From Macrostomum lignano (taxonomy: Eukaryota): 64,000 bases of DNA. Within the stretch, counting starts at the first letter, position 1, and each line of letters starts with the position of its first letter. The translations under genes and the position numbers were made by a program. Positions 61,245-64,000 of this stretch are shown in pieces. The stretch spans positions 62,001 through 126,000 of the forward strand of contig NIVC01002791.1 in assembly GCA_002269645.1 (NCBI GenBank), given 5' to 3'. The notes beneath the pieces were generated by a model. The model saw only the letters and a list, made by a program, of their open reading frames with translations, did not search any database and was not told the origin of the DNA.

Positions 61245-61470
61245 TCATCTGTCAACTGACATCTGTCCAGTTCGTGTTTTTCCTTTATCTTCATAGTGTT
61301 ATTTGTCCGACCAGAGGGTCATCTGTCCAGTTCGTGTCATTCCTTTATCTGCATAGTGTCATTTGTCCGACCAGAGGGTCATCTGTCCAGTTCGTGTCAT
61401 TCCTTTATCTGCATAGTGTCATTTGTCCGACCAGAGGGTCATCTGTCCAGTTCGTGTCATTCCTCTATCT
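61245..61470. repeat. 60-bp tandem repeat (left part)
   Basis: gtcatctgtccagttcgtgtcattcctttatctgcatagtgtcatttgtccgaccagagg, about 3.5 copies. The same family resumes at ~63810. Confidence 0.9.
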
Positions 61471-61471
61471 G

Positions 61472-63805
61472 TGTGGTGGCGTGTGTCGCGTGTAGCGTGT
61501 GTCTGGGGCGTTGGTGCTGAGTTGGTCTGTGTGTGTTTTGGGGTTGCGTTGCTCTGGCTATTTTTATCTACCCTCTGTACTTTCGTTTGAGCGTACACTG
61601 TCGCGTACTCATTCATACTCATACAATTGCTACTTTGCGTTTTTAGTCCCTTTATTAAGCCTTAGTCTCTTAAGTATATAAGTCGCTACAGTAGCTACAG
61701 TATATAGTAGATTTTTGGGCTAGTACCATCGTAAGTCAAGTTGTTTCACTGGCGACGAGATGTCAGTGTCTACCCACGCGTTTGAGAACTTTATGACAGA
61801 GAAGAGTCCGGGACGGAATACCAGGAGCGACTGGAGCAGTACTTTGAAGCGCATGACAACAGAGAAGATGCAAAGAAAAGGGCCGTCCTGCTAAGCGTTT
61901 GTGGCCGCCAGACTTTTCAAATTGCTCGCAACCTTTGCTCGCCCAGCCAAAGTCGGAGACAAGAGCTTCTCAGATATCTGCAAGCTTCTCAAAGAACATC
62001 ACTGTCCTACGCCGTCGGAGATCGTTCAGCGCTTCAACTTCAACAAACGCGTCAGGAAGCCTGACGACCGTATCAACATATCTGGCAGAGCTGCGGAAGC
62101 TGCGCAACAATCTGGACGCGATGTTGCGAGACCGACTGGTGTGCGGCATCAACAATCTGGAGATCCAGCGACGATTGTTGGCGGATCCAGAGTTGAATCT
62201 TAAGTCCGCCACTGAAATTGCTCAGGCCCATGAGTCGGAAACAAAGAACTGCGAGGTCAGCCACTCATCAGTGAATCAGCCACTGGGACCAGCGAGAGTA
62301 GCAATACGGAGGATATCTCGATCTCCGAAACGCTAGACGACCCTTTTGCAATTGTTGGCGCCGAGCGGCGCTTGAAATGCCAGCCTGCGCTAAGCTCGAC
62401 CTGTACACCAGAGATGACCTATGCAACTTCGGCATCGCTTCCTGGGAGGCCCACACGGACAGGGTGCAGTTCTGTCTGGAGGCAGCCTCCAGGTGTAGCA
62501 AGACTGATCCACCTGCCGATTAAAGTGCAGCCGCCCACGGCATCCTTGAGGCCCTATCCGAAGCCGACATCAGCGCATGGACCGACAGCTCGGTTGTAGA
62601 CGGCACAGGACCGGGAGGCAGCGCCGCCATTATCGGCACCAACCTAGTTACCTTCGTCCGAAAAAACCTGGCCGGCCGTTTCTGCAGCTCCTTCGACGCT
62701 GAGATGCGCGCCATCAAGGACGCCCTCACCTTCGTCGCGGAGAAGGTCGGTCCTCGCGCAGCCCGCATCCGGCTGTGTAGCGACTCGCTCTCGTCGCTCA
62801 TTGCCCTGCAAGCGGGCCCCCTGGATCAACGCACTGAGAGCGGCCTCTCCTGCTGGCGTCTCCTCATCAACCTGGGCACCCGCGAACGCAACGACATCGA
62901 CCTCACTTGGGTCCCTGCCCACTGCGGCATACCCGCCAATGAAGCCGCAGACAGAGCCGCAAATGCCGCAAACATCGGCTGCCATTTCGCTCAGTGCCGC
63001 CAAGGCCGCAATTCGCCGAGACCGCCGTGCGCTTGACGACAGCGTCATGCCACCAGCCTGGCCGACTTTCCACGCCAGGATCCGGGCCGAGCACACGGTG
63101 GCCTGCCAACTTCGAGCCGGTGCTTCCATGCTGGCCGCCGAGATCCGACATCGATTCGGTCTGACGGACTCCCCGCTCTGCGGGGCACCGGACTCCAGTA
63201 CACACGCGATCTTCAACCCCAAGGGGGACGCGCGCCGCCTACGCATTGTCGGCAATGAATTGGAGCGCCTCCTCGCCGAGCCGGGCTTGGCTCTCTCGCT
63301 CCTACGGAGCATGGGGCGTTGGCCCCTGTCTGTTTCGGCGCCGCTGCGCCGCTAGAGGAGCGCTGAAGAAGAAGACGGAGGATTCAGTTCTCAAGATTCA
63401 GCAAGGAAGAGCACCGGATCAGATCAGACAGGTGCCTGTCGACAAGGCACATGTCCCAAAAATGTCCGTTTATCGACAAGCAGAATTTCCGGTGCGAGAA
63501 AATGGACACACGGCCGGGGCTTGCAGAGAAATCAGCCTCAGCAGGTGGTCAACCAAGTTTCTGAGGCGACAACCATCGAGAAGGATTAAGACGAGCCGTA
63601 CTCTCTGTACCAACTTGGTTCCACACCCACACGCAGCGAAACTGTGCTCCCGATAATCACAACAGTTTTCATCGACGGACGCCCGTGTCTGATGGAGGTG
63701 GACACCAGGACTTCTGTGTCGCTGAGTTCGGAGCGCACCTACAAGGATGTCCTGCACCGCGGCCCCAAGTTAAGCCTATCAACTGCTCAGCTAACCACAC
63801 TCATT
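61472..63805 (+). mobile_element. 3'-truncated Ty3/Gypsy (Mag-like) retrotransposon: 5' LTR, PBS, gag and protease pseudogene
   Basis: LTR TGTGG...TTCA (61472-61748) followed by the PBS TGGCGACGAG and an ATG at 61760. Gag motifs ERLEQYFEA, KRAVLLSVCG, MLRDRLVCGI, IQRRLLA; CCHC remnants ~63470-63530; protease MEVDTRTSVS. No RT or 3' LTR. Confidence 0.88.
62315..63374 (+). mobile_element. 5'-truncated RNase H-bearing LINE (I-group-like) nested in gag
   Basis: RNase H motifs WTDSS, SSFDAEMRAI, SDSLS, LTWVPAHCGIPANEAAD. (GAA)n tail. 9-bp TSD ACGGAGGAT (62306-62314 and 63375-63383). Confidence 0.88.
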
Positions 63806-63809
63806 TGTT

Positions 63810-64000
63810 CAACCAGAGGATCAACTGTCCAGTTCGTGTCATTTCTTCATTTTCATAGTGTTATTTTTCCAACAAGAGGGTCATCTGTTTAGTTCGTGTC
63901 ATTTCTTCATCTTCATAGTGTTATTTATCCGACAGGTCATCTGTTTAGTTCGTGTCATTTCTTCATCTTCATAGTGTTATTTATCCGACAGGTCATCTGT
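63810..64000. repeat. 55-60-bp tandem repeat (continuation of the 61245 family)
   Basis: gtcatctgtttagttcgtgtcatttcttcatcttcatagtgttatttatccgaca units run to the window end. Confidence 0.9.

Overview
Eukaryotic (metazoan) genomic DNA. GC-rich spliced genes, tandem-repeat-filled introns and TTAGGG tracts suggest a free-living flatworm such as Macrostomum; this is inference, not verified. Host genes: a complete 8-exon coronin-7 gene (-, 44620-50111), the two 3' exons of an MFSD12-type transporter (-, 54966-56858), three IAP-family BIR genes (19.5, 24 and 39.4 kb) and a large orphan ORF (8.0-12.7 kb) with an internal duplication. Mobile DNA: two solo LTRs with 4-bp TSDs, a third LTR-like segment, decayed P-element/THAP9-like transposases, RTE LINE copies, a CORE-SINE, a second SINE family, and a truncated Gypsy element carrying a nested RNase H LINE. 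The most notable structures are: (i) a Crypton-type tyrosine-recombinase element with a complete catalytic residue set, nested inverted repeats and a locally enriched GTCTATGG motif, lying tail-to-tail with an IAP copy; (ii) mosaic IAP paralogues; (iii) two head-to-tail non-autonomous Helitrons, each grown around a related but different satellite; (iv) a bZIP-site/4-nt/MEF2-site composite motif at three separate loci.
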